From NCBI GenBank assembly GCA_963822445.1, contig CAWGHO010000003.1, positions 1,376,001-1,440,000 of the forward strand: a stretch of DNA of 64,000 bases, read 5' to 3'. The position numbers and the translations under genes were made by a program. The first letter of the stretch is position 1. Each line of letters begins with the position of its first letter. The DNA comes from an uncultured Acidobacteriota bacterium. GTDB taxonomy: Bacteria > Acidobacteriota > Thermoanaerobaculia > Gp7-AA8. This document shows, one piece after another, positions 37,602 through 46,828 of the stretch. The notes under the pieces are model-generated. The model worked only from the letters and a program-made list of their open reading frames with translations. It made no database searches and had not been told where the DNA came from.

Positions 37602-39911
37602 ATGCGCGTCCTTCTGGCTTTCCTTCTTTGCGCCAATGCGTCCGCGGCCATCGACGTGCCGTTGCGCGTCCGTGAAACCGCGGGCGTGACGCGCGCCGGC
37701 GAGGTCATTCGCTCGGGCATCCCCATTCCGCGGAACGCCGTCCTTCTCTCGACTACAGCTCTGTCGATCGTCGGACCGAACGGCGCCGCCGTCCCCGCTC
37801 AGTTTCGCGTGCTCGCACGCTGGAACGCGGGGCGAGCCGATGCGAACGCGCCCATTCAGTGGTTGCTGGTTTCCTTTCCCGCGAGCGTGAGCGCGAATGC
37901 GACCGCGACCTATCGCCTCGTCTCGGGCGTCAACCCCGCGTCGCCGTCACCGCTGCGTCTGACGCGCGACGGCAATCGCGTGATCGTCGACACGGGCGCC
38001 GCGAGCTTCACCATCGACGGCGCGGCTTCCTCGCTTTTTGAGGAGATTCGTTTCGGAACCGCGCCCGTCGTGACCGGTGGGTCGCTGACCGCACGGATCG
38101 AGAACGCCGAATCGCGTTACGCGAGCCTGCGGCGTCTCTCGATCGAAGAGGCCGGCCCGGTCAGCGCCGTCGTGGTCGTGGAAGGAACGTACGACACGCC
38201 CCAGGTCAGTTCCCAGCGGCGCTACACGTTCGGCGCCGGCTCGTCGACCGTGACCATCCGGCAGACGCTGGCCTGGGAAGGGAACCGTTGCGAGACCGCC
38301 GGTGCAATCCGCTGCGGAAACGCCATTAACGCCCTTCGCGTCCAGCAGATTCGCGACACGTTGCGGACTACGACTGGCGCCACGGTCGCGGTCGCACTCC
38401 AGGACATGCATCACTACGGCCCGCAGGCCGTGCGAACACTCGACGACGGTTCGATCGCCATCGACATCGCCGCCGATCAAGTCTGGCTCGGCGCGCGGCA
38501 GGCACTCTTTGTGACCATGGCCATCGGTGCGACGCCGGAAACGGTAGGAGCGGAGCTGAATCACCCGCTGCGCGCATGGCCCGACGCGTCGTGGTTCGCC
38601 GCTTCGGATGCTGTCGATCCGTTCCCCGCGGGCGCGGTCGCGCCGGAGCATTCCGATTACGACGCCGCCGTTCGCGGTGTGCTCGATCGCACGATCGCCA
38701 GGCGCGAAGAGCTCGGGATCCACGGCCTGATGACGTTCGGACTCTATCCGCGCATCTGGGGCAATCCGATTTACTCGGACGAAGTCGTGTGCGGTGACGA
38801 TCCGACGCCCGGCGAGTCGTGGGACGACCTCTATTGGTGTGCGACCTGGACCGACTACCACAACACCACGTACGCCGCCGCCGCGCGGGCGATGCGAACA
38901 GGGGAGGTGCAGTGGCTCGACGAGATCACGCGACCCGCGGCGCTGCGCGTGCTGTACACGCAGATCTTTCAGTGCTCCCCCGATGACGGCTATTTCTACT
39001 GCGGCCAGGCCCCGGCGGGCTACGGCGGGTATCGCGGGGATTTCAACTCATCGCATGCCTATTTCGACAACCTCCAGCTCTATTACTGGCTGACCGGCGA
39101 CTCGGCGGTCGTCGAGACGCTGGAGCGCGGATCGCGCTCGATGCGCGACTACCTGTGCGAGCGCCGTCCGGCCGCGCCCTGCCAGCCGCACGATGCGCCG
39201 ACCGACGAATACGCGAATCTCACCGGCCGCGTGGCCTCGCAGTGGATCGGTACCTTTCGATTCGTCGGACTGGCGAGCGACGACGCGAGCTTCCTCGAGG
39301 ACTACCGGAACAACCTCGCCCGCGCGGTGACGCAGCAATACGTGCAGGCCAGCGGCTTCGGCTTCATCCTCGCCGGCTGGCGTCCGGTGACCGCGGCCGG
39401 ACGCGTTACCACCGACCAGCTCTGGATGTCCGCTCTCTACGACATGAAGAATCTCGATCGTCTGCGCCGGGACACCGCCGATGCTCCGATCGGCGATCCG
39501 CCCGTGCGGCCGAGCGAGGTCATCGCCGCATACGCGCGAAGTATCGAGCGCTACGCGCCCGCCCGCTCCTGGCCGAACTCATTTGATGTGACCTGGAGCG
39601 GCCCACGACTCGGCGGGACGCTGATCGCTGTCGACGCCACGCCGGGCGGCAGCGACCCGTTCCTCTACGACACCGGCCGCTCGACGCTGGCTGGCCCGCT
39701 CGCGGCCGCGGCGGCGCTGACCGGCGATCCGGCGCTGCAAGCCTTCGCGCGGGAGGCGACGCGCTTCGCGATCGCCGCGTCGATCGCCGATGGCTCGCCG
39801 CTGGGAAAGCTCCAGGGCGAATACCTGGCCCGGCTTCACGCCGCCGTGGCCATGCTCGCGCCGCCGCAGCGGGAGGAATCAGCGCAGCGCCGCCGCGCGG
39901 TGAGGCATTAG
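37602..39911 (+). CDS. Large secreted protein, N-terminus resembling YetA/PL26 (rhamnogalacturonan lyase)-like proteins; C-terminal RRRAVRH
   Basis: Signal peptide; 'VRETAGVTR..SGIPIP..AQFRVLARW..IQWLLVSF', 'YYWLTGD'; family assignment tentative. Confidence 0.7.
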   Translation: MRVLLAFLLCANASAAIDVPLRVRETAGVTRAGEVIRSGIPIPRNAVLLSTTALSIVGPNGAAVPAQFRVLARWNAGRADANAPIQWLLVSFPASVSANATATYRLVSGVNPASPSPLRLTRDGNRVIVDTGAASFTIDGAASSLFEEIRFGTAPVVTGGSLTARIENAESRYASLRRLSIEEAGPVSAVVVVEGTYDTPQVSSQRRYTFGAGSSTVTIRQTLAWEGNRCETAGAIRCGNAINALRVQQIRDTLRTTTGATVAVALQDMHHYGPQAVRTLDDGSIAIDIAADQVWLGARQALFVTMAIGATPETVGAELNHPLRAWPDASWFAASDAVDPFPAGAVAPEHSDYDAAVRGVLDRTIARREELGIHGLMTFGLYPRIWGNPIYSDEVVCGDDPTPGESWDDLYWCATWTDYHNTTYAAAARAMRTGEVQWLDEITRPAALRVLYTQIFQCSPDDGYFYCGQAPAGYGGYRGDFNSSHAYFDNLQLYYWLTGDSAVVETLERGSRSMRDYLCERRPAAPCQPHDAPTDEYANLTGRVASQWIGTFRFVGLASDDASFLEDYRNNLARAVTQQYVQASGFGFILAGWRPVTAAGRVTTDQLWMSALYDMKNLDRLRRDTADAPIGDPPVRPSEVIAAYARSIERYAPARSWPNSFDVTWSGPRLGGTLIAVDATPGGSDPFLYDTGRSTLAGPLAAAAALTGDPALQAFAREATRFAIAASIADGSPLGKLQGEYLARLHAAVAMLAPPQREESAQRRRAVRH

Positions 39912-39979
39912 GTGTGGTGCAGGCCTCCGGCCTGCCTCTGTCCACCGCCCAGAGGCAGGCCGGAGGCCTACACCACACC
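39911..39979. repeat. REP-like long palindrome (same family as 23733)
   Basis: ggtgtggtgcaggcctccggcctgcctctg ... cagaggcaggccggaggcctacaccacacc. Confidence 0.8.
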
Positions 39980-40006
39980 GGCACGACACCTATAATCCGC
40001 GCCCGC

Positions 40007-41062
40007 ATGGCAAAGAAGATTGCAGTAGTCCCCGGCGACGGAATCGGTCCTGAAGTGATCGACGCCGGATTGAAAGTGCTCAGCCGGGTCAGTGAAGCCC
40101 GCGGTCTCGGTCTCCAGTTCGTCCATTTCGGCTGGAATGCCGACGAGTACCTCCGCACGGGCATCTCCATGCCCGACGGCGCGATGGACGACATCCGCGT
40201 GAACTACGACGCCGTCTACCTCGGCGCATTCGGCGACCCCCGCGTCCCCGACATGAAGCACGCCGCGGACATCCTCCTCGGCATGCGCTTCCAGCTCGAT
40301 CTCTACGTCAACTACCGGCCGGTCAAGCTCCTCGACGAGCGCCTCTCGCCGCTGAAAAATAAAGGGGTGGCCGACATCGACTTCGTGATCTTCCGCGAGA
40401 ACACGGAAGGCGCGTACGTGGGCATGGGCGGCAATTTCAAGAAGGGGACGATGGACGAGATCGCGGTGCAGGAAGACGTCTCCACGCGCCGCGGCGTGGA
40501 GCGGATCATCCGCTACGCGTTCGAGTACGCGAAGAAGACCGGCCGCAAGTCGGTGTGCATGTCGGACAAGAACAACGTCATGCGCTTCGGCGGCGATCTC
40601 TGGCTGCGCACGTTCGAGGAAGTGGCGAAGGAGTACCCGGACATGGAGCACTTCCACATGTTCGTCGACGCGCTGACCATGCAGATGGTGCGCGCGCCGG
40701 AGATGTTCGAGGTGATCGTGACCAACAACATGTTCGGCGACATCGTCACCGACCTCGGCGCCGCACTGCAGGGCGGCCTCGGCGTCGCCGCATCAGGCAA
40801 CATCCACCCCGGCCGCGTCTCACTCTTCGAGCCCATTCACGGCAGCGCGCCGAAATACGCCGGGAAAGACGTCGCCAACCCCGCCGGCGCGATTCTCACC
40901 GCCGGGATGATGCTCGAGTACCTCGGACATGCGGACGAGGCTCGGATCATCGAAGACGCCGTGACCGAGGCCATTCGTGCGGAGGAAACGACGAAGGACC
41001 TGGGTGGGAGCCTGGGGACTCGCGCTGCCGGAGATGCGATTCTGAACCGACTGCAGGTTTAG
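40007..41062 (+). CDS. Isocitrate/isopropylmalate/tartrate dehydrogenase family protein (LeuB-like)
   Basis: 'PGDGIGPEV', 'RENTEG', 'NMFGDIVTD', 'EPIHGSAP'; TATAAT at 39991-39996. Confidence 0.92.
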   Translation: MAKKIAVVPGDGIGPEVIDAGLKVLSRVSEARGLGLQFVHFGWNADEYLRTGISMPDGAMDDIRVNYDAVYLGAFGDPRVPDMKHAADILLGMRFQLDLYVNYRPVKLLDERLSPLKNKGVADIDFVIFRENTEGAYVGMGGNFKKGTMDEIAVQEDVSTRRGVERIIRYAFEYAKKTGRKSVCMSDKNNVMRFGGDLWLRTFEEVAKEYPDMEHFHMFVDALTMQMVRAPEMFEVIVTNNMFGDIVTDLGAALQGGLGVAASGNIHPGRVSLFEPIHGSAPKYAGKDVANPAGAILTAGMMLEYLGHADEARIIEDAVTEAIRAEETTKDLGGSLGTRAAGDAILNRLQV

Positions 41063-41090
41063 GAGAGCGGCGGCAGAGCCGCCGCACTCC
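41061..41090. repeat. 30-bp palindromic unit, left boundary of CHAT island
   Basis: aggagagcggcggcagagccgccgcactcc; 28/30 identical to 50678-50707. Confidence 0.8.
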
Positions 41091-41202
41091 ACGTCGTTTC
41101 TCGACGCTTGATGAAGCTGCTCGCTCGGGATGCATCACAACGAACCAGCGCAACCCGTGTCTATGTCCCTCGAGGTGGTGATCGCCACCCTTGGGAGGTG
41201 CC

Positions 41203-42102
41203 ATGAACAATCGGATCGCCGTCGCAGTGCTGTCGTCTCTCTTCGCGCTTTCGCTCCACGCGCAACCCCAGCCGCAGACGCTCATTCAACCGACCCCTCA
41301 GGCGAGACAGCAGCTCACGAAAACGTTGCAGGAGTATCGGGCGGCCAAGGACCGTCATGGTGAAGCGGTCACGCTCCTGAAGCTGGGGTTCACCGAGGCG
41401 GGACTCGGGAATGTCAATGGGGCGCGAAGCAACCTCGCAGAAGCTGTCGAGAAAATGCGCGCGCAGAGCGACCTCGTGGGGGCATGGATGGCGCTCCTCG
41501 TCCTCTCTCAAATCGAAGTCGCAGCGGGACGGCCGGCGGAAGCGCTTCCCCACGCCGAACGAGCATTGAGCACGCTGAACGAGGCGAAGGCTTCGACCGC
41601 ACCGTTCTCGCTCAAGACCTTGATGGCCCTTGGCGCAGTCTCCGGACTTCCACCGGAGATGGGCCAATTGCTCGAAGGCCCGAATGTGGGCGCGATCAAG
41701 TCGCTGATGATTCAGTACTCGTTGGAGCCGATGACGCACGACTTCTACGGCAGTGTGCTGACGGAAGTTGGACAGCTCGAGAAGGCCGAGGCGGAGCTGA
41801 AAGCGGCGGCAGCCGGCGCGATCTACGCGCAGGGCATGTACGACTTCTCGATCGAGTCGCATTTCGGCGATCTCCGATTCCGGCAACAGCGCTACGACGA
41901 AGCGCGGACACACTACGTGAAGGCGTTGAACGCCTCGTCGACGGCAGCGACGATGCTTCCCATGGGCGGCGGTCAGCAGATCCAGGCGGGCCTCTACGAT
42001 CGCCTGGTGCGCCTCGAGACGGTCACGGGTCATCCCGAGGAAGCGAAACGCTGGTCGCAGAAGGCGCGGGAGCTTGGCAGAAAACGGCCGGAAACCCGCT
42101 AA
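41203..42102 (+). CDS. Secreted TPR-like protein, stand-alone paralog of the N-terminal module of the downstream CHAT protein
   Basis: SD ggaggt, signal peptide; colinear motifs with 42109 (DRxGEA, GAW, GRP, YG..L..VG.LE.AE, GDLR.RQ.R.DEAR.HY). Confidence 0.85.
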   Translation: MNNRIAVAVLSSLFALSLHAQPQPQTLIQPTPQARQQLTKTLQEYRAAKDRHGEAVTLLKLGFTEAGLGNVNGARSNLAEAVEKMRAQSDLVGAWMALLVLSQIEVAAGRPAEALPHAERALSTLNEAKASTAPFSLKTLMALGAVSGLPPEMGQLLEGPNVGAIKSLMIQYSLEPMTHDFYGSVLTEVGQLEKAEAELKAAAAGAIYAQGMYDFSIESHFGDLRFRQQRYDEARTHYVKALNASSTAATMLPMGGGQQIQAGLYDRLVRLETVTGHPEEAKRWSQKARELGRKRPETR

Positions 42103-42108
42103 AGACGG

Positions 42109-45100
42109 ATGTGTCTCTCGCGATTTGCGTCTGCGATGGCGGCTTGCCTCGCCCTCCTCGTGTCCCTCCCCGCGATCGCCGATGATTCGCTCGCCGGCAT
42201 CGGTGAGTTGATCATGACGGATCGTGCGGCGGAAGCGCGCGCGCGACTCATCAGCGCGCGTGATTCCTTCGTTACACAGGGTGACCGATCGGGCGAAGCA
42301 TCCACCGAGCTCCTCCTCGGCCTCGCCGAAACGGCGCTGGGTGATTCGACCGCGGCGCGTTCGCATCTCGACCGAGCCGCGTCGATGTTCCTCGCGATCG
42401 AGGAGCATTTCGGCGCGTGGCTCTCGATGACGACACTGGCCCAGTTCGAGACACAGAGCGGCCGCCCGCGCGACGCGATCGCGTTGCACGAGCGATCGCT
42501 CCAACTGCTCGACGCTGCGGCCGATCCGCAATCGCGACTCTCGGTCACAACGATCGAGGTCCTCGGCATCGTATTCGGCGCATCGCCGGAACAGATTCAA
42601 ATGCTCACCGCGGCTCCGGAGCTGACGAGAACGCTGAGGATTTCGCTCGCCGAGTTCACGAGCCGGATTGCTTACGGGCAGACTCTATTGGCGGTGGGAG
42701 AGCTGGAGAACGCGGAAGACCAGCTCACGCAGGCCACGACGATGGGGGCGATGTTCGGCAACCTGCTCGATGGAATGCTGGCGACACCGATGGGCGATCT
42801 CCGGAAGCGGCAGTGGCGATTCGACGAGGCGCGGCAGCATTACGAGACCGCGCTCACGACGGGTGTGATGCCGGGACGGGTGATTTTCGTTCGGCCTGCA
42901 TCAGTCCAGATCGATTTGCTCGGGAAGCTCGCAGAGATCGACGTGCTTACGGGGCACGTCGACGAAGCCCTCGCGCGGAACGACCTGGAACGAACGCTCG
43001 CCCGCGATTCCGAGCCGGCGCGTGAGCCGTGGATTTGGATCGAGCGCGGTTCTCTGCTCCAGAAGGCCGGCCGTGTCCGCGACGCGGAGAAAGCGTATGG
43101 CGAAGCGCTGGTGGCTGCCGAAAAGCGTCGCGAACGTCATCCCGTTGGTGCGGTTCACAGCGAGCTCGGGTTGCTCTACTTCTACGCCGGAAACTACGGA
43201 AAGGCTGCGGCCGACTTCGCGAAGGCGATCGAAATCTTTCAAGAGCTGAAGGAGGGCAAAGCAGAGTCCGTGCTGTGGACGCTGCTGGCGGACGTACACA
43301 TGGCGATCGACTCTCACGTCAGCGCCGCCGAGGCGATCGCGCGGGCGAAGGAGTTCGCGAAGACCAGTAACTTTTCCATGGCCGGCACGATCGCCGATTT
43401 CCTCGACGCGACGCTGAAATGGAGACAGGGTGAGCACGCCGACGTGCGCGGTGCCTTCGCAGCATTGTTGGCGGTCCGGGAAGACTACGGGCTGGTGATC
43501 AGCGACGAGGCGAAGCGGTTCATGACGGAGGTCGTCTCGATGAACATCGCAATGACGCCGCCCGACCCCGCGCGCATCTCCGGAGACGGTGTGGAACTAC
43601 TCCCATCGATGGCGCTGATGATGAGCGGTGTTCCTCTCGCGGCGCGTGGCGACTACGCGGAAGCCCGTGAAATCTGGAGCAAGGCGAAGGAGCTTCTCCA
43701 AAGCCGCGACGCGCAGGCGATCTTCGAGCAATTGATCGCTGGTACGTACTGGCGCGAAGGCAAGATCGAGGATGCGATTCGCCATTTCAAGAGCTCCACG
43801 GAAATCCTCGAGAGCGTCGCGACGGACGTTCCTGTCGAAGAGATGCTGATGAGTTACCTCGGTGCAAGGCACTCGCTGTACGAACACTTTGTGGAGGTGC
43901 TCTTGCGCGAGGGGCGCACGGTCGAGGCTTTCGAGGAGAGCGAGCGTGCGCGGGCCCGCGCGTTTCTCCAGATGATCGGAAACCGGCGTGTCGGCGCTCG
44001 CCGCGCCGATCCGCACCTGGTTCAACAAGCGGACATTCAGCGACGGCGCATCAGCGCGATGGATCAGTCCATCCGAACCGCTGCCTCCTACGAGGAAAAG
44101 GCGCTTCTGAAACGCGAGCGCGTCGCGGCTCGCCGCGAATACGAGGCGTTGATGGTCCGCGTGAAGATCTCGAATCCGGAATACGCGGCGCTCACGAGCG
44201 TCGAGACCGTGCCTGTCGATGTCATCCAGAACGAGCTGCCCGACGGTACGACGATGATCGACTATTTCGTTACAGGCACCGGCGTGCATGCATGGGTCAT
44301 CGACCGCGGATCGGTCGATTACGTACGGCTTCCGATCGATGCGACCGCGTTGCGCCGCATCACCTGTTGGGCAAGACAATTCAGCCCGCCCGACGACGAT
44401 GTCAACTCTCGCGGCGTGATTGTGCGGGCCGGCACTTGCAGCGACCGCGCAACCGCTGATGAAGCGTACGCGATGCTCATAGCGCCACTGCGCGCGATGA
44501 TCCGCCATCAGCGTCTCGTGATCGTGCCCCACCGCGAGCTGCACTACGTTCCTTTCGCCGCGCTGCACGACGCGGAACGCAATTGCTATCTGATCGAGGA
44601 TGCCACGATCGTCTATGCGCCGAGTGCGACCGCGTGGCGATTCCTCCGGCGTGACGAGCCGCCGGTCTCAGGTCGGGCGCTGGTCCTTGGCGATCCCGCC
44701 GGGTCGATGGGCGCCCTGGAGTTTGCCAGGCGCGAGGCGGAGATGGTGGCCAGCCGGCTCGGCACGAAGGCGCTGCTCGGTACCGACGCGTGCGAACGTC
44801 TCATTCGCGACCTCGATCCGACGGTCGATCTGCTGCACATCGCCGCGCATGCCCTGTACAACGGCGCCAATCCGCTCTTCAGTTTCATCGCGCTCGCCGC
44901 GGATGGGGAGGAGTACGACGGCAATCTCGAAGCGCAGGAGATTCTTGCGGATGTCGATCTGACAGGCGTGAATCTCGTCGTGGTCTCGGCGTGCAGCACA
45001 GCCGCCGGAAAACCGAGCGCCGGGGATGAAATCGTCGGCCTGACGCGAGCACTTCTTTACGCGGGCACGCCTGCTGTGCTCTCGACGCTCTGGGAGATCG

Positions 45101-45291
45101 ACGACATGGCGTCGGCGGCGCTGATGGATGCGTTCTACGAACGGTTGGTGTCGGGTGTTCCCGTCGCGGACGCACTGCGCGAGGCGCAACTGTCCATGCT
45201 GCATACGGAAGTATTCGCGTCGCCGAGGCTCTGGGCCGCGTTCTCGCTACATGGAGATCCCCAGGGAACGTGGCGGCAGGGGGCGCCGTGA
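42109..45291 (+). CDS. Exported TPR-CHAT domain (caspase-like) protease
   Basis: Signal peptide, TPRs, 'SERARAR', 'VPHRELHYVPFAAL', catalytic 'LLHIAAHA' and 'VVVSACST', 'STLWEIDD', 'WAAF'. Confidence 0.92.
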   Translation: MCLSRFASAMAACLALLVSLPAIADDSLAGIGELIMTDRAAEARARLISARDSFVTQGDRSGEASTELLLGLAETALGDSTAARSHLDRAASMFLAIEEHFGAWLSMTTLAQFETQSGRPRDAIALHERSLQLLDAAADPQSRLSVTTIEVLGIVFGASPEQIQMLTAAPELTRTLRISLAEFTSRIAYGQTLLAVGELENAEDQLTQATTMGAMFGNLLDGMLATPMGDLRKRQWRFDEARQHYETALTTGVMPGRVIFVRPASVQIDLLGKLAEIDVLTGHVDEALARNDLERTLARDSEPAREPWIWIERGSLLQKAGRVRDAEKAYGEALVAAEKRRERHPVGAVHSELGLLYFYAGNYGKAAADFAKAIEIFQELKEGKAESVLWTLLADVHMAIDSHVSAAEAIARAKEFAKTSNFSMAGTIADFLDATLKWRQGEHADVRGAFAALLAVREDYGLVISDEAKRFMTEVVSMNIAMTPPDPARISGDGVELLPSMALMMSGVPLAARGDYAEAREIWSKAKELLQSRDAQAIFEQLIAGTYWREGKIEDAIRHFKSSTEILESVATDVPVEEMLMSYLGARHSLYEHFVEVLLREGRTVEAFEESERARARAFLQMIGNRRVGARRADPHLVQQADIQRRRISAMDQSIRTAASYEEKALLKRERVAARREYEALMVRVKISNPEYAALTSVETVPVDVIQNELPDGTTMIDYFVTGTGVHAWVIDRGSVDYVRLPIDATALRRITCWARQFSPPDDDVNSRGVIVRAGTCSDRATADEAYAMLIAPLRAMIRHQRLVIVPHRELHYVPFAALHDAERNCYLIEDATIVYAPSATAWRFLRRDEPPVSGRALVLGDPAGSMGALEFARREAEMVASRLGTKALLGTDACERLIRDLDPTVDLLHIAAHALYNGANPLFSFIALAADGEEYDGNLEAQEILADVDLTGVNLVVVSACSTAAGKPSAGDEIVGLTRALLYAGTPAVLSTLWEIDDMASAALMDAFYERLVSGVPVADALREAQLSMLHTEVFASPRLWAAFSLHGDPQGTWRQGAP

Positions 45292-45680
45292 GACGGCGCC
45301 TCATTGAGGACAACAGCAGAGACAAGAAAGCCGTCGAAATGGCGGCTACTACTCGCTCGTGGACGAGCCGATCGCGGCCGAGGTCTCTTGGGCGGTGCGC
45401 TCGCATCCCAGCCCGACGTGTGGGTGCTCGAGTTCACCCGCGGCGCGATGCCGAGGAACCTCGCCGGTGACTTCGACTCGGACGTCGGACCGGGCATCGG
45501 CGGCCCATACCCGCCGTGGCCGCGCCGTCGACGCGATTTTGCCGTCCCAGATGATGGGCGGAGTAGTGATGTGGCTTCATGGACGGCATCGTGGCAGAGA
45601 CGGGACGGATGCTTCGATGGGAACGAATGGTTGCAACTAAATCGGCGCGGCGGTGTCTTTCCCGTATGGGAGGCGACTTC

Positions 45681-45818
45681 ATGCTGGTCTGTGTTCGTTG
45701 CGGGAAGAAGATCACCGAGGCGGCGTACTGGTGTCCTTCATGCCGGTGGCATCTCTCCTGGTATTGCTCGAATGGGGGACGGTGTCACAAGTGCGGGAGT
45801 TCCTTGCAGAAGGTCTGA
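45681..45818 (+). CDS. 45-aa zinc-finger (RING-like/double ribbon) mini-protein
   Basis: SD gggagg; MLVCVRCGKKITEAAYWCPSCRWHLSWYCSNGGRCHKCGSSLQKV. Confidence 0.7.
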   Translation: MLVCVRCGKKITEAAYWCPSCRWHLSWYCSNGGRCHKCGSSLQKV

Positions 45819-45832
45819 GAAAGGGAAATGCG

Positions 45833-46273
45833 ATGGGTCTGTTCGACAAGCTTCGTGGTTCCAGCACAGTCACGTTCAATCCGCAGCAAGCTCTCATGAC
45901 GATCGTCGTCGCGGCGGTCAAAGCCGATGGTCATGTTTCCGACGATGAGATTCGTCGGATCCGCTCCCTTTGTGCTTTGAATCCTCTCTTCTCGACCAAC
46001 TCGACGGAGCAGGACAACGTGGTCCTGCGCTTCGCCGACAACACCACACATCAACTCGGGGAGCAGGCGGTCGCGCTGGCCGCGGCGGCACTTCCGCCGG
46101 CATTGCGGGAGACGGCGTTCGCGTATGCCTGCGACATGGTGCTCGCCGACGGCATCGTCACCACCGACGAGGAACACACGATCATCGATCTCGCGAAGAC
46201 GCTCGGGGTCTCCGAGGAACTGGCGCATGCGATTGTCACAACGACGCTCGTGCGCAATCGCGGAAACGAATAG
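45833..46273 (+). CDS. TerB-family (tellurite resistance-like) protein
   Basis: 'AAVKADGHVSDDE', 'LRETAFAYACDMVLADGIV..E', 'LAKTLGVS'. Confidence 0.85.
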   Translation: MGLFDKLRGSSTVTFNPQQALMTIVVAAVKADGHVSDDEIRRIRSLCALNPLFSTNSTEQDNVVLRFADNTTHQLGEQAVALAAAALPPALRETAFAYACDMVLADGIVTTDEEHTIIDLAKTLGVSEELAHAIVTTTLVRNRGNE

Positions 46274-46289
46274 ATAGGAGAGAAATCCG

Positions 46290-46430
46290 ATGGCCAGCCG
46301 AACTTGCGACAATTGTGGCAAATCGAAAGACACCGCCGGCGGGAAGTCCTGTGAGAAGGGGCATTTCGTGTGTCACTCGTGCACGAGCCGGCACATTCAC
46401 TGTCCGCTCTGCCGACACACGTTGCGCTAG
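46290..46430 (+). CDS. 46-aa stand-alone C3HC4 RING-finger-like protein (not in ORF track)
   Basis: SD aggag; hand translation MASRTCDNCGKSKDTAGGKSCEKGHFVCHSCTSRHIHCPLCRHTLR*. Confidence 0.75.
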   Translation: MASRTCDNCGKSKDTAGGKSCEKGHFVCHSCTSRHIHCPLCRHTLR

Positions 46431-46828
46431 CGAATGGCCGCTTCCTGTCTGTGTCGAACGATCGCCGTAACCTCGTCGACAGCAACAAGCGTGACAGGAG
46501 GGCGTTCTAACGGGCCAGAGCGATGTTGGAAGGCCTTGATACACAGGCATCCCGGGCGTGAAGGGCGGAGCGGCAGCTTTTGGCCCTACGAGCCGTGTCG
46601 GAACGTTCCGTGGCGAAGGCACGCTGACGGTTGACGCTAGCTGGCAACAAGGTGGTACAGGCGGGACCGGTGGACCCGGCGGTGGCGGGAGTGACGGCTG
46701 CGACGGGCACATCAGCTCTGCACCGCGGTGTATTCTTTCCGTCCAGCTTCAGCAGTTTCAGCACGGTCCAGAAGTCGAACGTATTGCGGAATCACCGATC
46801 CATGTCCCTCTGATCATGGGGAGCACGG

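Noticed and set aside
40007-41062. Assigning leuB
   Set aside because: No leuACD nearby, and the family includes tartrate and homoisocitrate dehydrogenases; substrate not determinable by eye.
45292-45680. ORFs 45304-45948, 45359-45640 and the N-terminal extensions of 45579 and 45653
   Set aside because: No motifs or good SD; better starts exist at 45681 and 45833. Possibly a degraded remnant.
45833-46273. Tellurite-resistance (ter) operon
   Set aside because: Only a lone TerB-family gene; no terA/C/D/Z.
46431-46828. Gly-rich ORF 46558-47046 and Pro-rich antisense ORF 46236-46712
   Set aside because: In-frame stops upstream, no SD, and overlap with better-supported genes; at most a pseudogene fragment.
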